Below, piece after piece: positions 43,487 through 56,448 of a stretch of DNA of 56,448 bases. A program made the translations under genes and the position numbers. Source of the DNA: an uncultured Clostridia bacterium. Lineage in GTDB: Bacteria; Bacillota; Clostridia; Christensenellales; UBA1242. The number at the start of each line of letters is the position of its first letter. Position 1 is the first letter of the stretch. The stretch covers positions 1 through 56,448 of the forward strand of contig CALWKI010000069.1 of the NCBI GenBank assembly GCA_944381235.1, in the 5' to 3' direction. Below the pieces are notes generated by a model, which saw nothing but the letters and a program-made list of their open reading frames with translations, did no database searches and was not told where the DNA came from.

Positions 43487-45001
43487 CTATTTCTCAGTGT
43501 CTTCAATCTTTTTCTTTCTAGTTTTTTTAGGTTTTTCTTCTAGGTTCGTCTTAGACAAAATAGAATTGTCCAAAACCTCATTTTTGCTTTCTTTACTTTC
43601 ATTTGTTTTTTCAACATTACTAGAATTGTTTACTATGCTGCTATCCAAATTAGAAGAAAGATTTTTTGTATCTTCATTTTTTTTAATACTACGCACGTTT
43701 CTATTTATCACTTTCTTTTTCCTACTTTCCTCCTGCAATTTTTCAATAGCACTAGTTTGTCTTTGTTCTCTGCGCTGCCTATCACGTTCAGCGTTTAGTT
43801 CCATTGCATACCTCATTTGATTTTCTTTGAGTTCAAGGTTCCCCATAACAATAACACTAATTATTGCCACAATTGGAGGCGCAAGTAACATTCCTGCTAT
43901 TCCAAACATTGCACCACCTATAATAATTGACGCGGTCACAAGAAGTGCGCTTACCTTTAATTTATTCCCCGTAATAATTGGAATTAAAATATTAAATTCA
44001 AGCGTTGTAATAATTATAGTTGCAAGAGCCATATAAAGTGCCATATCAACAGAATCAAAAATTAGGGTAAGTAAAATAGATGGTATCGCACCAATATAAA
44101 CACCGAAATATGGAATAAAGTTAAATAATCCAATAATAAGTGCAAGTTCCCAAGTAAAATTTAACCCCATAATTGTATAGGTAATTCCAAGAGATACAAA
44201 CAGAATAGCAAACTCAATTAACTTGCAAATAACATAGTCAAAAAGAATTTTGTTAGTATTTCTGGTCATGACAACCATTGCATCTGCTCTTTCTTTCTTA
44301 AAGTTAGCATACACAAAACGACGTGTAAATTTACTAATCTTTTCTTTATCTTTTAAAATTAATATCGCAAGTATTAGTCCGATAAAGAAATTAAACGCGC
44401 CTGTCACAACACTCATTGAGATTTCCATGAGACTGTCAATATAAAAAACTGTATCACGTAAAGTTTCAAAGAGTGAATCAAGAACACTTCTTACACTTTC
44501 TTGGTTAACATCTGCATCAAACCAGTTTTGAAGAAGATTACAGATATCATTGACAACACTATTTACCATCTGGTCCCATCCATCTCCACCACCAGCAGTC
44601 AACTGTTGTACAACTGAAATAATTTTAGGAATTAAAATTGAAAATATAACAACAATAATACCAATAATGATAAGGACAACAATAGTTATTGAAATTGCCC
44701 TTTTTATACCAAATTTATAAGGACTATTCTTAAAAGCATTTTTAAAAATTACATTTTCGGTAAAATCAACAAGTCTATAAGTAATAAATGCAATAACAAT
44801 TCCAATTATTAGTGGTGTAATACCAGTCAACAATCCACTAATAATTTGTGAAAAATATGGACTAAGAACATTACTGAGTGCGAGAGCAATAAAGAAAGCC
44901 CAAAACATAGCAACAAAAAGCCCGAACCATTTTATTCTAAAAAGGCCTGAACCCCTACTGCTACCATTATCAAAATTTGCGCCAAACTCTTTCTTTTCCA
45001 T
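43487..45001 (-). CDS. AI-2E family (PerM/UPF0118) transporter with a ~110-aa charged C-terminal extension
   Basis: 504 aa. Multiple TM helices. IPYFGVYIGAIPSILL and GIAGMLLAPPIVAII motifs. The tail is K/E/R/N-rich. Confidence 0.8.
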   Translation of the reverse strand: MEKKEFGANFDNGSSRGSGLFRIKWFGLFVAMFWAFFIALALSNVLSPYFSQIISGLLTGITPLIIGIVIAFITYRLVDFTENVIFKNAFKNSPYKFGIKRAISITIVVLIIIGIIVVIFSILIPKIISVVQQLTAGGGDGWDQMVNSVVNDICNLLQNWFDADVNQESVRSVLDSLFETLRDTVFYIDSLMEISMSVVTGAFNFFIGLILAILILKDKEKISKFTRRFVYANFKKERADAMVVMTRNTNKILFDYVICKLIEFAILFVSLGITYTIMGLNFTWELALIIGLFNFIPYFGVYIGAIPSILLTLIFDSVDMALYMALATIIITTLEFNILIPIITGNKLKVSALLVTASIIIGGAMFGIAGMLLAPPIVAIISVIVMGNLELKENQMRYAMELNAERDRQRREQRQTSAIEKLQEESRKKKVINRNVRSIKKNEDTKNLSSNLDSSIVNNSSNVEKTNESKESKNEVLDNSILSKTNLEEKPKKTRKKKIEDTEK

Positions 45002-45283
45002 TATAATTTATTATATAAAATAAATTTAAAACTAGCAAATAAAATTGATAAATTCGAAGTAAATTGTTTTGAATAGTGACAAAAAAGTTTAAATTTTCTA
45101 AATCTTGAGTATCAGCAGTAAAACTCTGTATCCTTAAAACATATAGCAAGTAAAAAATAAACCTCTAACTACTATTTAAAAAATGTATTTTAGATTAATC
45201 TTAATTTTTTATTAGTTAAGTATATTTTTGAGATTTAGTTACTAGTTAAATTTAATTATATTTTATTAATAACAATTCAAATA

Positions 45284-45325
45284 AAAAACACATTTCAAAG
45301 GAATAAGCCCTCAAAATGTGTTTTT
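45284..45325 (-). terminator. Terminator downstream of tuf
   Basis: aaaaacacattt (45284-45295) pairs with aaatgtgttttt (45314-45325). A T-run follows on the minus strand. Confidence 0.75.
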
Positions 45326-45354
45326 AGTATTTAAATTTAATTAGTTTAAGTTTA

Positions 45355-46557
45355 TTATTCTAAGATTTCAGATACAACACCTGAACCAACTGTTCTACCA
45401 CCCTCACGGATAGCAAACCTTAAACCTTGTTCAATAGCGATAGGTGTAATAAGTGTAATTGTCATCTTGACATTATCACCAGGCATAACCATTTCTACGC
45501 CACTTTCAAGTTCAATAGAACCTGTAACGTCAGTTGTTCTGAAATAGAATTGTGGACGATATCCATTGAAGAATGGAGTATGTCTACCACCCTCTTCTTT
45601 CTTAAGAACATAGACTTGTGCCGTAAATTTCTTGTGAGGTTTAACAGAACCAGGTTTACAAATAACTTGTCCTCTCTCGATATCTGTTCTTTGAATACCA
45701 CGAAGAAGAACACCAATATTGTCACCTGCTTGAGCCTCGTCAAGAAGTTTTCTAAACATTTCAACACCAGTAATAACACTTGTCTTGTCTTGTCCCATAC
45801 CAAGAATTTCTACTGTATCGCCAACTTTACAAACACCTCTTTCAACCCTACCAGTAGCAACTGTACCACGTCCTGTAATTGTAAAGACGTCTTCAACAGG
45901 CATAAGGAATGGTTGATCAGTAGCCCTAGCTGGAGTAGGAATGAAACTATCAATAGCATCAAGAAGTTCCTCAATGCACTTGCATGCAGGATCATCTGGA
46001 TGACCACTTTGTGCAGCTTCAAGAGCCTTTAATGCAGAACCCTTAATAATTGGAGTTGTATCCCCTGGGAAACCATACTCGTTAAGAAGATCACGAATAT
46101 CCATCTCAACAAGATCAAGAAGTTCAGGATCATCAACCTGGTCAATTTTATTCATAAATACTACAATGCATGGAACACCAACTTGACGAGCAAGAAGAAT
46201 GTGCTCTCTTGTCTGAGGCATTGGGCCGTCAGTTGCAGCAACAACTAGGATTGCGCCGTCCATTTGAGCCGCACCAGTAATCATGTTTTTAACATAGTCT
46301 GCGTGTCCTGGGCAGTCAACGTGTGCATAGTGTCTTTTTGCAGTTTGATATTCGACGTGTGCAGTATTAATTGTAATACCTCTTGCTCTTTCTTCTGGAG
46401 CCTTGTCGATATCCTCGTATTTCATTTTCTCAGCCCAACCCTTTGCTGCGCACCACATAGTGATAGCTGCAGTCAAAGTCGTCTTACCATGGTCGACGTG
46501 ACCAATAGTACCGATATTGACGTGTGGCTTTGATCTATCAAATTTTGCTTTTGCCAT
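45355..46557 (-). CDS. tuf: Elongation factor Tu
   Basis: 400 aa. [22 protein letters not shown], and unmistakable similarity throughout. Confidence 0.98.
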   Translation of the reverse strand: MAKAKFDRSKPHVNIGTIGHVDHGKTTLTAAITMWCAAKGWAEKMKYEDIDKAPEERARGITINTAHVEYQTAKRHYAHVDCPGHADYVKNMITGAAQMDGAILVVAATDGPMPQTREHILLARQVGVPCIVVFMNKIDQVDDPELLDLVEMDIRDLLNEYGFPGDTTPIIKGSALKALEAAQSGHPDDPACKCIEELLDAIDSFIPTPARATDQPFLMPVEDVFTITGRGTVATGRVERGVCKVGDTVEILGMGQDKTSVITGVEMFRKLLDEAQAGDNIGVLLRGIQRTDIERGQVICKPGSVKPHKKFTAQVYVLKKEEGGRHTPFFNGYRPQFYFRTTDVTGSIELESGVEMVMPGDNVKMTITLITPIAIEQGLRFAIREGGRTVGSGVVSEILE

Positions 46558-46717
46558 AATAAATATCCTCCTAAAATTTTACACGAATTAATTATATTTT
46601 TGTTTTAATTAATGTCAAGCATAATTATACTTTTTTCTTTTATTTTGTCAAACAAATTAATGCAACATTTTTTTATTTTAAAAATTAATTGTTTTTAATC
46701 AGTTTTTCGACTTTAAA

Positions 46718-48796
46718 TTAGTCTTTTTTTCTTTCAACAATTATCTTTTCACTAATACTCTTTGGAACTTCAGCGTAGTGAGAGAACTCCATATTAAACG
46801 AACCTCTACCTTGTGTTGAAGATCTAAGCGCAGTAGCATAACCAAACATTTCTGACAAAGGCACTTCTGCATTTATAATTACAGAACCTGCATTTGTTTC
46901 AGTCCCTTGAAGAACGCCTCTTCTACTTGTAAGTCCACCCATAACTGTACCAAGATAGTCATCTGGCATTTCGACTTGAACCTTCATTATTGGTTCAAGA
47001 AGTACAGGATCTGCTTTTCTAGCCGCTTCCCTAAATGCCATAGAACCTGCAATCTTAAACGCCATTTCAGATGAGTCAACATCGTGGTATGATCCGTCAA
47101 AAACTGTCGCTCTAAAGTCAACTGTTTCATACCCAGCGAGAACACCATTTTGTTTTGCCTCTTGGATACCATTGTTAATTGCAGGAATGTATTCTTTTGG
47201 AATCACACCACCAACAATCTTATCAACAAATTCATAACCTTTACCCGCTTCAAGTGGTTCAAGTTTTATCCAGCAGTGACCATATTGTCCATGCCCACCA
47301 GTTTGTCTAATATATTTACCTTCAGCCTCAACTGCTTTTCTAATAGTCTCTCTATAACTAACTTGAGGTCTACCGACATTAACGTCAACTTTAAACTCTC
47401 TTTTAAGCCTATCAACGATAATATCAAGGTGAAGTTCACCCATACCAGCAATAATTGTTTGTCCAGACTCAGTGTCTGTCCAAGTCTTAAATGTAGGGTC
47501 TTCCTCAGCAAGTTTTATAAGTGCATTGACCATTTTTTCTTGCATTTGTTTTGTAGTTGGTTCAACCGCAATATTAATAACTGGTTCAGGGAATTCCATT
47601 TTTTCAAGAATTATTGGATGGTCTGAGTCGCAAAGAGTGTTACCGGTCGTTGTATCTTTTAGCCCAACAATCGCAACTATGTCTCCTGCGTACGCTTCTT
47701 CAACGTCCTCTCTATGATTTGCGTGCATTCTAAGAAGCCTACCTATTCTCTCTTTAATGTCCTTTGTTGAATTTAAGACATATGAGCCTGCTCGTAAAAC
47801 ACCAGAATATATTCTAAAGTAGGTGATTTTACCAACAAATGGGTCAGTCGCTACCTTAAACGCAAGTCCAGCAAGAGGTTCTTTATCATCAGCACGTCTA
47901 CTATCAACCGTCTCCCCATCAAGTTTTGTACCCTTAACAGCTTCAATATCAAGTGGGCTAGGTAAATAATCACATATTGCATCAAGCAACTTTTGAACAC
48001 CCTTATTCTTAAACGAACTTCCGCAGGTTACAGGTGTAATCTTAAGGGCAATGGTTGCTTTTCTTATAGCACTTTTAATTTCCTCAACAGTAAGTTCTTC
48101 CCCTGCAAAGTACTTTTCAAGAAGCGCGTCATCTGTTTCAACAACAGCCTCAATCATTTCTTGTCTATATTTTTTTGCTTCCTCAAGCATATCATCAGGA
48201 ATAGGTCCAGCAACCATTTCTTTCCCAAGGTCGTCTTTGTAAATTACTGAGTCCATTTCAACAAGGTCAACAATCCCCCTGAATGAATCTTCCTGACCAA
48301 TAGGAAGTTGAATTGCAATAGGGTGAGCCTTAAGTCTATCTTTCATCATTTGAATAACCCTAAAGAAATTAGCGTCATCCCTGTCCATTTTATTCACATA
48401 TGCAATTCTTGGAACTTTATAAGTGTTAGCCTGTCTCCAAACAGTTTCCGATTGAGGTTGAACACCACCTCTTGCACAGAAAACTGCCACAGCGCCATCA
48501 AGAACCCTTAAACTTCTTTCAACTTCAACTGTAAAGTCAACGTGTCCCGGGGTATCAATAATATTAATACAATGGTTTTTCCACATAGCAGTTGTGCAAG
48601 CACTGGTAATTGTAATACCTCTTTCTTGTTCTTGCTCCATCCAGTCCATAGTTGCGGCACCTTCGTGAACCTCACCTATTTTATGAGTCCTACCAGTGTA
48701 AAATAGTATTCTCTCGGTAGTAGTGGTTTTTCCAGCATCAATGTGCGCCATAATACCGATATTTCTATAAGTTTCTAATGGATACTTTCTTGCCAT
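46718..48796 (-). CDS. fusA: Elongation factor G
   Basis: 692 aa. [28 protein letters not shown]. Confidence 0.98.
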   Translation of the reverse strand: MARKYPLETYRNIGIMAHIDAGKTTTTERILFYTGRTHKIGEVHEGAATMDWMEQEQERGITITSACTTAMWKNHCINIIDTPGHVDFTVEVERSLRVLDGAVAVFCARGGVQPQSETVWRQANTYKVPRIAYVNKMDRDDANFFRVIQMMKDRLKAHPIAIQLPIGQEDSFRGIVDLVEMDSVIYKDDLGKEMVAGPIPDDMLEEAKKYRQEMIEAVVETDDALLEKYFAGEELTVEEIKSAIRKATIALKITPVTCGSSFKNKGVQKLLDAICDYLPSPLDIEAVKGTKLDGETVDSRRADDKEPLAGLAFKVATDPFVGKITYFRIYSGVLRAGSYVLNSTKDIKERIGRLLRMHANHREDVEEAYAGDIVAIVGLKDTTTGNTLCDSDHPIILEKMEFPEPVINIAVEPTTKQMQEKMVNALIKLAEEDPTFKTWTDTESGQTIIAGMGELHLDIIVDRLKREFKVDVNVGRPQVSYRETIRKAVEAEGKYIRQTGGHGQYGHCWIKLEPLEAGKGYEFVDKIVGGVIPKEYIPAINNGIQEAKQNGVLAGYETVDFRATVFDGSYHDVDSSEMAFKIAGSMAFREAARKADPVLLEPIMKVQVEMPDDYLGTVMGGLTSRRGVLQGTETNAGSVIINAEVPLSEMFGYATALRSSTQGRGSFNMEFSHYAEVPKSISEKIIVERKKD

Positions 48797-48819
48797 TTTT
48801 TCTCCTTTATTATTTTAAA

Positions 48820-49293
48820 TTACCACTTGAAATGCGCAAATGCCTTGTTTGCTTCTGCCATTCTATGCATTTCGTCTTTCTTCTTTATTGCTCCACCAGC
48901 GTTGTTATAAGCATCAATTATTTCACTTGCTAGTTTTTTGTCCATTTCTTTTTCTCCACCACGCTTTCTAGCAAAGTTTACAAGCCACCTTATTGCAAGT
49001 GTTTGTCTCCTATCTGGTCTAATTTCCATAGGTACTTGATAAGTCGCCCCACCTACCCTTCTTGACTTTGTCTCAAGTACAGGTTTTACATTTTCAAGTG
49101 CTTGAGTAAAAACTGTCATTGGGTCAGTACCCGTTCTCTCTTTAATTATATCAAAAGCGCCGTAAACTATACCAAATGCAATTCCCTTTTTACCGTCAAG
49201 CATAACTTGGTTAACAAGTTTTGTCACAACTGTTGAATTGTACATTGGGTCTGGTAATACTTCGCGCTTTGTTGCACGATTTCTTCTAGACAT
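48820..49293 (-). CDS. rpsG: 30S ribosomal protein S7
   Basis: 157 aa. [20 protein letters not shown]...[10 protein letters not shown]. Confidence 0.97.
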   Translation of the reverse strand: MSRRNRATKREVLPDPMYNSTVVTKLVNQVMLDGKKGIAFGIVYGAFDIIKERTGTDPMTVFTQALENVKPVLETKSRRVGGATYQVPMEIRPDRRQTLAIRWLVNFARKRGGEKEMDKKLASEIIDAYNNAGGAIKKKDEMHRMAEANKAFAHFKW

Positions 49294-49466
49294 ATTATCC
49301 TCCTTGTTCAGTTTTGTTTGTTACTTTTTATCAAAAGTAAACCTTAAAATTATTTATAACAAAGCAAACTTAAATCTTTTCTTAAAAATGTTTACCTTGT
49401 CAAGTCTTTTGCCTCCTTGTTTAAAAACTCAAGTCAAGGCATATATTTTACAAATAAATTGTTCTA

Positions 49467-49838
49467 TTATTTTGACCTTTTTGCGCCATATTTTGAACGT
49501 GCTTGCTTACGCTTTGCAACGCCGGCTGCGTCAAGTGTACCACGAATAATGTGATATCTTACACCTGGTAAATCCTTAACCTTTCCACCACGAATAAGAA
49601 CAACGCTGTGCTCCTGAAGGTTGTGTCCTTCACCTGGGATATAAGTTGTACCCTCTTGCCCATTTGAAAGTTTTACCCTTGCGATTTTTCTAAGCGCAGA
49701 GTTAGGCTTCTTTGGCGAAGTCGTAGTAACAGAAAGACAAACTCCTCTTTTTTGTGGGTTTTGCTCAAGAATAGGAGATTGAGACTTTCTTGTTTGCTTT
49801 GTTCTTCCGTGCCTTACTAACTGATTAATTGTAGGCAT
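49467..49838 (-). CDS. rpsL: 30S ribosomal protein S12
   Basis: 123 aa. MPTINQLVR...[10 protein letters not shown]...[17 protein letters not shown]. Confidence 0.97.
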   Translation of the reverse strand: MPTINQLVRHGRTKQTRKSQSPILEQNPQKRGVCLSVTTTSPKKPNSALRKIARVKLSNGQEGTTYIPGEGHNLQEHSVVLIRGGKVKDLPGVRYHIIRGTLDAAGVAKRKQARSKYGAKRSK

Positions 49839-49869
49839 AATTTCCTCCTTAATAGATTAAATAAATTTT

Positions 49870-49899
49870 GACTTTTTAGTTGCAACTTACTAAAAAGTC
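49870..49899 (-). promoter_or_regulatory. Perfect 11-bp stem-loop in the rpsL 5' leader
   Basis: gactttttagt (49870-49880) pairs with actaaaaagtc (49889-49899) across an 8-nt loop. It lies about 30 nt upstream of the rpsL ATG and does not sequester the RBS. It is not followed by a T-run. Confidence 0.45.
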
Positions 49900-50113
49900 G
49901 TAATCAAAAGTCTTTATTTAAAAAATATTAAGTGTGGAATGTCAAATAATATTTTTTATTAAAAAACCTTGATTAATTGCGCTTTTTTAGTCCTAAAAAA
50001 TACACTTAAAACTATAAAGCACAAGACTTAAAGAACAATTTATTTTGCGTTCCAAACAAATAAACCGGCTACATTTCGCACAAAAAAAGTTTGCACGCAC
50101 ATGCAACACGAAT

Positions 50114-50143
50114 ATACTATCAAAAAAAAACCTCAAAGTCAAC
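50114..50143 (-). promoter_or_regulatory. Candidate sigma-A promoter for the rpsL-rpsG-fusA-tuf operon
   Basis: On the minus strand, TTGACT (rc of 50138-50143), an 18-nt spacer, then TAGTAT (rc of 50114-50119). This implies a leader of about 265 nt. Confidence 0.35.
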
Positions 50144-50310
50144 AGTTATTTCTTGTTTAGCAAAAATAACCTGTTAAATATTATTTTTATAAAAATTTCT
50201 TACTAAAAAAATACAAGAAAAATAAATTTCTTGTAAGTTATAAATTAAACACAATGTCTACAAACTAAGATAATTTAATTTTGTCTTAATAAATCTTACT
50301 AAAATCCAAC

Positions 50311-50598
50311 CTATTCAGTTTCAAGAACTTTCTGATTATTTTTAACCTCAGCATCAATAAGTAAAACTATTTCGCCCTTATGTTGACGAAGCGCCTCAAG
50401 GTAAGTTCTAGGTTTTTCTTTTACTTCCCCATACATTTTAAGTGATAATTTACAAAAGTCTCTTAAATATTTTCTAGCAACAAAAAATGCCTCCTCGACA
50501 CTCTTCCCTTGGCAATAAATTCTTACATCGTCAAATGCGACAATGTAATTGTCGTTATCTTCATCCCTATAAAATGTTGCTGGAAAAATAAACTCCAT
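50311..50598 (-). CDS. HicB-like (UPF0150 / HicB_lk_antitox fold) small protein with no adjacent HicA
   Basis: 95 aa from the ATG at 50598, with a GAGG RBS. MEFIFPATFYRDEDNDNYIVAFDDVRIYCQGKSVEEAFFVARKYLRDF matches the YPAxF...GYxVxFPD...G.t.eEA HicB N-domain pattern. The listed extension to 50679 is unlikely. Confidence 0.6.
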   Translation of the reverse strand: MEFIFPATFYRDEDNDNYIVAFDDVRIYCQGKSVEEAFFVARKYLRDFCKLSLKMYGEVKEKPRTYLEALRQHKGEIVLLIDAEVKNNQKVLETE

Positions 50599-50884
50599 AA
50601 TACCCGCCTCTATCAATTTACTATTTTTACATTTATATCCTAACACAATAAAAAAAATATGTAAAACATTTTGAAGCAATTTAAAACCTGTATAGTACCA
50701 ATTTAAATTAAAAAAAGTAAAACATAATAAAAAATCACATTCAAAACCTTAAAATAAATTAATCTAATTATGTATCTAAAAAAGTTTGTCAGTGAAATTT
50801 GAAAATCATTATTTCTAGATATTAAAATTAAATTAATGAAAAGAGTATTTTTATTAATTTAGTTAATTTAAAAAATCTCTAAAT

Positions 50885-50921
50885 TAAAAAGAGCCCCCCA
50901 CACGATTTAATCGTGTGGGGG
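50885..50921 (-). terminator. Strong terminator after the 94-aa ORF
   Basis: cccccacacga (50895-50905) pairs with tcgtgtggggg (50911-50921) across a 5-nt loop. On the minus strand it is followed by ctcttttt. Confidence 0.8.
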
Positions 50922-50926
50922 TTTTA

Positions 50927-51211
50927 TTACATACTTGCACTAAGTTCGCTTTCCCTTTTTGCTTGTTTAGTTCTATTCAAAATTTCCTTAAAGTCAACAT
51001 AGGCATTATACGCACTCTCGTCCCCAAAAGACATATTCCCGTTTTTATCCTTAAAAAGTGTAGGATTTCTAAATTCAAAGTTATTTGGATTTTCAGCCTC
51101 TGTTTCCTTTGGCATTATCTTTGCTTTTATTTCAGCTAGCAGTTCTTTACTTGCAACATTTGACATTTCTATTCCCTCATTGTCAAAAACTATTGACCTT
51201 TCATTTTCCAT
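50927..51211 (-). CDS. Hypothetical protein (94 aa)
   Basis: ORF with a GGAGG RBS about 11 nt upstream and its own GC-rich terminator. No family recognised. Confidence 0.55.
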   Translation of the reverse strand: MENERSIVFDNEGIEMSNVASKELLAEIKAKIMPKETEAENPNNFEFRNPTLFKDKNGNMSFGDESAYNAYVDFKEILNRTKQAKRESELSASM

Positions 51212-51303
51212 AATTACATAAACCTCCTAAAACACATGCATGCCTCAAAATCTCTTTTGTTTACAAGGGTATATTAGCATAACTTCCCCAGTTTGTCAAT
51301 AGC

Positions 51304-51331
51304 AAAAAAACCACTTTTTTGTGGTTTTTTT
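51304..51331 (-). terminator. Terminator downstream of rpoC, symmetric
   Basis: aaaaaaaccac (51304-51314), loop tttttt, gtggttttttt (51321-51331). Confidence 0.75.
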
Positions 51332-51345
51332 GTAGATACAAAATA

Positions 51346-54300
51346 TTAATCTGCTCGCTTCATTTCTTCAAGTTCTATTTGACGAATGCGTTCTTGCCTT
51401 CTTTCCTCTTCTTTTCTTAACCACTCTTTAGAAATCTCTGGATACGCGTCCTTATAACATTTCATACCAGTTCCAGCAGGAATAAGTTTACCTATCATAA
51501 TATTCTCTTTAAGCCCAAGTAAATGGTCAACCTTTCCTTTGATAGCAGCCTCAGTTAGAACACTTGAAGTCTCTTGGAAACTTGCCGCTGACAAGAATGA
51601 TTCAGTCGACAATGCCGCTTTTGTAATTCCAAGAAGAACACGTTTTGCAGTCGCAGGTCTACCGCCGTTCATTAAAATCTTGTTATTAATTTCTTCATAT
51701 TCTTGTAATTCAAGCATTTCGCCAGGAAGAAGATCTGAGTCTCCCGCGTCTTCAATTTTTACCTTTCTAAGCATTTGACGAATAATGATTTCAATATGTT
51801 TTGCATTAATATCAACACCTTGAAGCCTATAAACACTTAAAACTTCCTTAAGAAGATACTCTTGTACTCCTCTAAGTCCTATTACTCTTAAAATATCATT
51901 TGGATAAATTGAGCCAGAAGTCAAACATTGACCAACCTCAACCGTATCTCCACTCCTAACAGCAAGAATTGTTTTATTCTTAGGTGGAGTCATATACTCT
52001 ACATCACCCTCACTTGAGTGAACAGTAACCTTATATCTTTCTCCACTATCTTCAACCTTAACTTTCCCAGCAACCTCAGAGATGATAGCCTCACCTTTTG
52101 GACGACGTGCCTCAAAAATTTCTTCAACACGAGGAAGACCTTTTGTGATATCAGCAGCAGCCGCAACACCACCGGTGTGGAACGTTCTCATTGTAAGCTG
52201 TGTACCAGGTTCACCAATACTTTGTGCAGCTATTGTTCCAACAGCCTCACCAATGTTAACCATTTGGTTGTTTGCCATATTTCGTCCATAGCACTTTGCA
52301 CAAACGCCGTGACGTGCTTTACAAGTAAGAAGAGTTCTAATCTCAACCTCTTTAATTCCGCAGTCAACAATCTCCTTTGCCTGACTTGGAGTAATCATTT
52401 CGTTACCCTTAACTATAACCTCTTTTGTCTTAGGGTTAATTATGTCATTTACAGCAACTCTTCCTGAAATTCTATCCTCTAACTTTTCAACAACAGTCTT
52501 ATCTTCAATAATATCAGTTACCTTAAGTCCCTTTGTCTTTTCGCCAAGATTCTTAAAGCAGTCATCTTCTGTAATAACAACCTCTTGCGCAACGTCAACA
52601 AGCCTACGAGTAAGATAACCAGAGTCCGCTGTCTTAAGAGCCGTATCCGCAAGACCTTTACGTCCGCCACGGCTTGACAAGAAATAGTCAATAGGTGTAA
52701 GCCCTGTCCTAAAGCAAGACTTAACAGGAATGTCAATCTTAATAGCCGAAGCACTAGCCATAACACCACGCATACCGCATAACTGGTTAATTTGAACAGG
52801 GTTACCACGAGCGCCTGACGCGACCATAATTTTAACAGGATTTAACTCGTCAAGACTATTCATAACAGCATTTTTAACTTTTTCAGTCGTTTCATTCCAT
52901 ATACTAATGTTCTTTGAAACTTTTTCCTCAAGTGCAATAAGTCCTCGCCTATATGCTTTCTCATTTTCCTGTACCCTTGCATCTGCCTCAGCAATAAGTT
53001 GTTGTTTTTCTTTAGGGTCTCTCATGTCATAAACATTAATAGTTAATGCCCCAATCGTTGAATACTTGTAGCCAAGTTCTTTTATCTTATCAAGCATTAT
53101 GACAGTTGGCGTTGTGCCAAGTTTGTTGTAAACTTGAGACACAATCTTCCCAAGCATTTTTTTGTCAACAGTGCCTTCAATTTCATACCTAAGCGCGTTT
53201 TCTTTCTTTGACCTATCTATAAAGCCAATGTTCTGAGGAATACATCTATTAAATAGAATTCTACCGACAGTAGTTTCTACCTTCCCAGTAATATCCTCGC
53301 CATTGTAATTTACAATACGTCTAACAACTATTTTTGATTGAAGTTCAAGATTTTTAGTTTGATAAGCCATAATTGCCTCGTCTTCGTCTTTAAAAATCTT
53401 ACCTTCGTTTAAAGCGTTAGGTTTATTAAGTGTCATATAGTAACAACCAAGAACAATATCTTGTTGTGGTGTCATAACTGGCTGCCCGTCAGCAGGTTTG
53501 AGGACGTTATTCGACGCAAGCATAATCATACGTGCCTCTGCCCTTGCTTCAAGTGACAATGGAACGTGAATTGGCATCTGGTCACCGTCGAAGTCAGCGT
53601 TAAAGCCAACGCAAACTAGTGGGTGAAGTTTAATTGCTCTACCTTCGACAAGTACAGGTTCAAACGCCTGAATACCAAGCCTGTGAAGAGTTGGAGCACG
53701 GTTAAGTAGTACTGGATGGTCTTTAATTACCTCGTCGAGTACATCCCAAACAACAGGTTTTTCTCTTTCAATAATCCTCTTTGCGCTCTTTATATTGTGA
53801 GACTCATTCATCTCAACAAGTCTTCTCATAATGAAAGGCTTAAAGAGTTCAAGTGCCATTTCTTTTGGTAGTCCACATTGATAAATCTTAAGTTCTGGCC
53901 CAACAACGATAACTGACCTACCTGAATAGTCAACACGTTTCCCAAGAAGGTTTTGACGGAAGCGTCCTTGTTTACCACGAAGAAGCGCTGTTAAAGACTT
54001 TAAATCTCTTTGTTTTGGCCCTTGAATTGCCTTACCTCTCTTACCATTTTCTATTAATGCGTCAACTGCTTCTTGAAGCATTCTCTTTTCATTTCTAATG
54101 ATAACATCTGGCGCGCCAAGTTCAATAAGTTTTTTAAGTCTATTGTTACGGTTAATTACACGTCTATAAAGGTCATTTAAGTCACTTGTAGCAAATCTCC
54201 CGCCATCAAGTTGTACCATAGGTCTAAGATCTGGTGGAATAACTGGAATAACATCAAGTATCATCCATTCTGGCTTATTACCACTCTTTATAAAGTCGTC

Positions 54301-54942
54301 AATAATTTCAAGTCTTTTAACTGCTTTTAGTCTCTTTTGCCCCTTCGATGACTTAACTATTTCTCTTAGTTCCTTATTTTCTTTTTCAAGGTCAATTTGG
54401 CTAAGAAGCGTCTTAATCGCTTCAGCCCCCATACCTGCCTTAAAAGAATCTGGACCATATTCTTCAAGAGCATCTCTATATTCTTTATCAGAAATTACTT
54501 GTTTATAAACAAAAGGAGTATTCTTTGGGTCAATAACTATATAATTGACATAATAAAGTACTTGTTCAAGTGCTTTTGGAGTTATATCAAGAATTGTACC
54601 TATTCTACTTGGTATTCCTCTAAAAAACCAAATGTGACTTACTGGGGTAGCAAGTTCAATATGCCCCATTCTTTCACGTCTGACTTTTGAGTGGGTGACC
54701 TCAACCCCACACTTATCACATACAACTCCCTTATATCTTATTCTTTTATACTTTCCACAATGGCATTCCCAGTTCTTTCTAGGTCCAAAAATTCTCTCGC
54801 AAAAAAGACCGTCTCTCTCAGGTTTCAAAGTACGATAGTTAATTGTTTCTGGTTTTGTGACCTCGCCATGACTCCATGACCTAATCTTTTCTGGGGAGGC
54901 AATGCCAATTTTCATTGAATCAAAATTGTTAAGTTCAAACAT
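51346..54942 (-). CDS. rpoC: DNA-directed RNA polymerase beta' subunit
   Basis: 1198 aa. Zinc finger [29 protein letters not shown] catalytic motif. Collinear with bacterial beta'. Confidence 0.98.
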   Translation of the reverse strand: MFELNNFDSMKIGIASPEKIRSWSHGEVTKPETINYRTLKPERDGLFCERIFGPRKNWECHCGKYKRIRYKGVVCDKCGVEVTHSKVRRERMGHIELATPVSHIWFFRGIPSRIGTILDITPKALEQVLYYVNYIVIDPKNTPFVYKQVISDKEYRDALEEYGPDSFKAGMGAEAIKTLLSQIDLEKENKELREIVKSSKGQKRLKAVKRLEIIDDFIKSGNKPEWMILDVIPVIPPDLRPMVQLDGGRFATSDLNDLYRRVINRNNRLKKLIELGAPDVIIRNEKRMLQEAVDALIENGKRGKAIQGPKQRDLKSLTALLRGKQGRFRQNLLGKRVDYSGRSVIVVGPELKIYQCGLPKEMALELFKPFIMRRLVEMNESHNIKSAKRIIEREKPVVWDVLDEVIKDHPVLLNRAPTLHRLGIQAFEPVLVEGRAIKLHPLVCVGFNADFDGDQMPIHVPLSLEARAEARMIMLASNNVLKPADGQPVMTPQQDIVLGCYYMTLNKPNALNEGKIFKDEDEAIMAYQTKNLELQSKIVVRRIVNYNGEDITGKVETTVGRILFNRCIPQNIGFIDRSKKENALRYEIEGTVDKKMLGKIVSQVYNKLGTTPTVIMLDKIKELGYKYSTIGALTINVYDMRDPKEKQQLIAEADARVQENEKAYRRGLIALEEKVSKNISIWNETTEKVKNAVMNSLDELNPVKIMVASGARGNPVQINQLCGMRGVMASASAIKIDIPVKSCFRTGLTPIDYFLSSRGGRKGLADTALKTADSGYLTRRLVDVAQEVVITEDDCFKNLGEKTKGLKVTDIIEDKTVVEKLEDRISGRVAVNDIINPKTKEVIVKGNEMITPSQAKEIVDCGIKEVEIRTLLTCKARHGVCAKCYGRNMANNQMVNIGEAVGTIAAQSIGEPGTQLTMRTFHTGGVAAAADITKGLPRVEEIFEARRPKGEAIISEVAGKVKVEDSGERYKVTVHSSEGDVEYMTPPKNKTILAVRSGDTVEVGQCLTSGSIYPNDILRVIGLRGVQEYLLKEVLSVYRLQGVDINAKHIEIIIRQMLRKVKIEDAGDSDLLPGEMLELQEYEEINNKILMNGGRPATAKRVLLGITKAALSTESFLSAASFQETSSVLTEAAIKGKVDHLLGLKENIMIGKLIPAGTGMKCYKDAYPEISKEWLRKEEERRQERIRQIELEEMKRAD

Positions 54943-54971
54943 AATTTCTCCTTAAAATTTACTTTATTATT

Positions 54972-56448
<1,477 letters not shown>

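Noticed and set aside
43487-43820. Charged ~110-aa C-terminal extension of the AI-2E transporter, considered as a separate gene or domain
   Set aside because: It is continuous in frame with the transporter and is a low-complexity K/E/N-rich tail. It is probably a cytoplasmic disordered extension and is not reported separately.
45427-46032. 201-aa antisense ORF inside tuf. Similar shadow ORFs lie inside fusA (47150..47626), rpoC (52018..52467), rpoB (55507..55893), dnaE, spmA (24356..24754), ricT (26134..26487), trpS (42442..42687) and the AI-2E gene (43497..43820).
   Set aside because: All lie opposite unmistakable conserved genes. Their translations are low-complexity and Cys/Ser/Phe/Asn-rich, and they have no RBS. 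They are frame shadows, not genes.
50599-50926. Searched for a small hicA toxin ORF next to the HicB-like gene
   Set aside because: The region is AT-rich with stops in all frames on both strands, and no ORF resembles the ~60-aa HicA fold.

Overview
Low-GC chromosomal segment from an endospore-forming Firmicute, probably Clostridia-like. About 41 protein genes are supported. I found no rRNA, tRNA, CRISPR array, transposase or integrase. From about 11.4 kb to the right edge the genes are almost all core and almost all on the minus strand: rpoB (partial), rpoC, rpsL, rpsG, fusA, tuf, an AI-2E transporter, trpS, uvrC, murB, whiA, dnaE, pfkA, greA, holB, ricT, rsmA, tatD. A dense sporulation set is interleaved: spo0A, veg, a DUF3794/LysM protein, spoIIR, sleB, ypeB, spmA and spmB. 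Three regions look accessory. (1) The left 11.4 kb holds a VirB2/TrbC-like small membrane protein cut by the window edge, a divergent VirD4/TraG-type type IV coupling ATPase, and an 8.6 kb plus-strand gene. That gene encodes a 2,858-aa giant protein anchored in the membrane at both ends and built of divergent beta-sandwich-like modules. (2) The 38.4-42.1 kb region holds a GC-rich non-coding island, a BspA-like LRR surface protein with internal duplications, and an ArsR/SmtB regulator divergent from a 60-aa hydrophobic peptide ending in a CHCCH cluster. (3) Two small genes, an orphan HicB-like protein and a 94-aa unknown, sit between rpoC and rpsL. My best candidates for undescribed biology are the T4SS-coupling-ATPase plus giant-protein module and a Rho-like protein (11468..12619). 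The Rho-like protein keeps the Rho N-terminal and OB-fold regions but has lost all the ATPase motifs I can align by eye. All functional calls come from reading the translations by eye against remembered family motifs. No database search was run.
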